64,000 bases of DNA from Pirellulales bacterium. GTDB taxonomy: Bacteria; Planctomycetota; Planctomycetia; Pirellulales; JAICIG01. Both the position numbers and the translations under genes were made by a program. The stretch's first letter is position 1; each line of letters opens with the position of its first letter. The DNA lies in contig JBBDYJ010000032.1 of assembly GCA_040901675.1 (NCBI GenBank), positions 128,756-192,755 on the forward strand, written 5' to 3'. The notes beneath the pieces are model-generated. The model was not told the origin of the DNA. It saw only the letters and a program-made list of their open reading frames with translations, and searched no databases. Shown here one piece after another: positions 63,157 to 64,000 of this stretch.

Positions 63157-64000
63157 ATGAAGATCCTGGTGGCCAACCTGGGCTCGACCAGCTTCAAGTT
63201 CCGTTTGTTCGACATGACCGGCGAGCGGCAGGTGGCGCGCGGCGGCACCGAGCGGATCGGTTCGGCCGAAAGCCGCAGCTTCGTCGAGATCGGCGGGCGG
63301 CGGATGGAAGCGGCCGGAGCCGTGCCGGACCATGCCGTGGCGGTTCGGCGCTGCCTGGAGCAGCTCACCGACCCGGAAGGCGGCTGCCTGGGCCACGCAT
63401 CGGAAGTGGCCGCTATCGGATTCAAGGCGGTACACGGCGGGCGGTACAGCGGAGTCCAGCGGGTGACCGCCGAGGTGCTTGCGGCCATGGAGGAAATGAA
63501 CGACGTGGCGCCGGCGCACAATCCGCCCTACATCCGGGCCATGCGGCTATTGAGCGAGAAGCTGCCGGACCTACCGCTGGTGGCGGCCTTCGAGACCGAT
63601 TTTCACCAATCCATGCCTGACCGCCACCGTTACTACGCCGTGCCCTACGAGTGGGCCAGCGAGCACCAGGTGCAACGCTGGGGTTTCCATGGAGCGAGCC
63701 ACCGTTACATCGCCGGCCGGACGGCCGAGCTGCTGGGGCGGCAGGACCTGCGGATCATCTCCTGCCACCTGGGCGGCTCCAGTTCGCTGTGCGCGATCCG
63801 GGCGGGGAAAAGCGTGGCCACCAGCCTGGGCATGAGCCCGCAATCGGGACTGCCCCACAACAACCGCGCCGGCGATTTCGATCCGTTCGCCTTGCCGGTC
63901 ATCATGCGCGGCACCGGCAAGTCGCTCGAGGAAGTGCTTAAGGATCTGGACTCGAAGAGCGGCCTGTTGGGCTTGAGCGGCCTTTCCGGCGACGTGCGCG
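63157..64000 (+). CDS. ackA: Acetate/propionate kinase (3' end outside window)
   Basis: Manual translation [54 protein letters not shown]. Confidence 0.93.
   Translation, partial: MKILVANLGSTSFKFRLFDMTGERQVARGGTERIGSAESRSFVEIGGRRMEAAGAVPDHAVAVRRCLEQLTDPEGGCLGHASEVAAIGFKAVHGGRYSGVQRVTAEVLAAMEEMNDVAPAHNPPYIRAMRLLSEKLPDLPLVAAFETDFHQSMPDRHRYYAVPYEWASEHQVQRWGFHGASHRYIAGRTAELLGRQDLRIISCHLGGSSSLCAIRAGKSVATSLGMSPQSGLPHNNRAGDFDPFALPVIMRGTGKSLEEVLKDLDSKSGLLGLSGLSGDVR

Overview
GC-rich chromosomal segment from a planctomycete, most likely Pirellulales. This is inferred from the PVM-type microcompartment locus, split coaB/coaC, a PDZ-containing YidC, PQQ-propeller and DUF1549-like motifs, and 'RFRLRTLL' N-termini. 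Most of the window is housekeeping: yidC-mnmE, tsaB/hemL, dus/queG, maf/rluA, clpB-dnaK, pheA-aroF-tpiA-secG-yicC-gmk-rpoZ-coaC-coaB, argCJ, punA-ileS-purN, and the start of the deoR-pduL-BMC-H-BMC-H-ackA operon. Five things stand out. (1) A 24-bp mini-element (GACTCGACTGAGCTCGCCGAAGTC) is inserted at C^C sites into a REP, into itself, and in-frame into the queG tail; matching empty sites are present in the window. (2) Several GTAG-footed REP families and sense-strand (GAAGGAG)n heptamer arrays form or flank stop codons and C-termini of core genes. (3) A decayed ~2.3-kb island at tRNA-Ser(TGA), bounded by a 14-bp att repeat, carries a 5'-truncated HipA-like kinase and an intact HipS-HIRAN gene. 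(4) An ECF sigma/anti-sigma operon ends in a secreted CxxCH-PDZ-PDZ-DUF1549-like-STN protein, with a divergent triple-PDZ gene. (5) A near-consensus sigma54 promoter with paired palindromic upstream sites precedes dnaK-clpB. All calls are by eye and no database searches were run.
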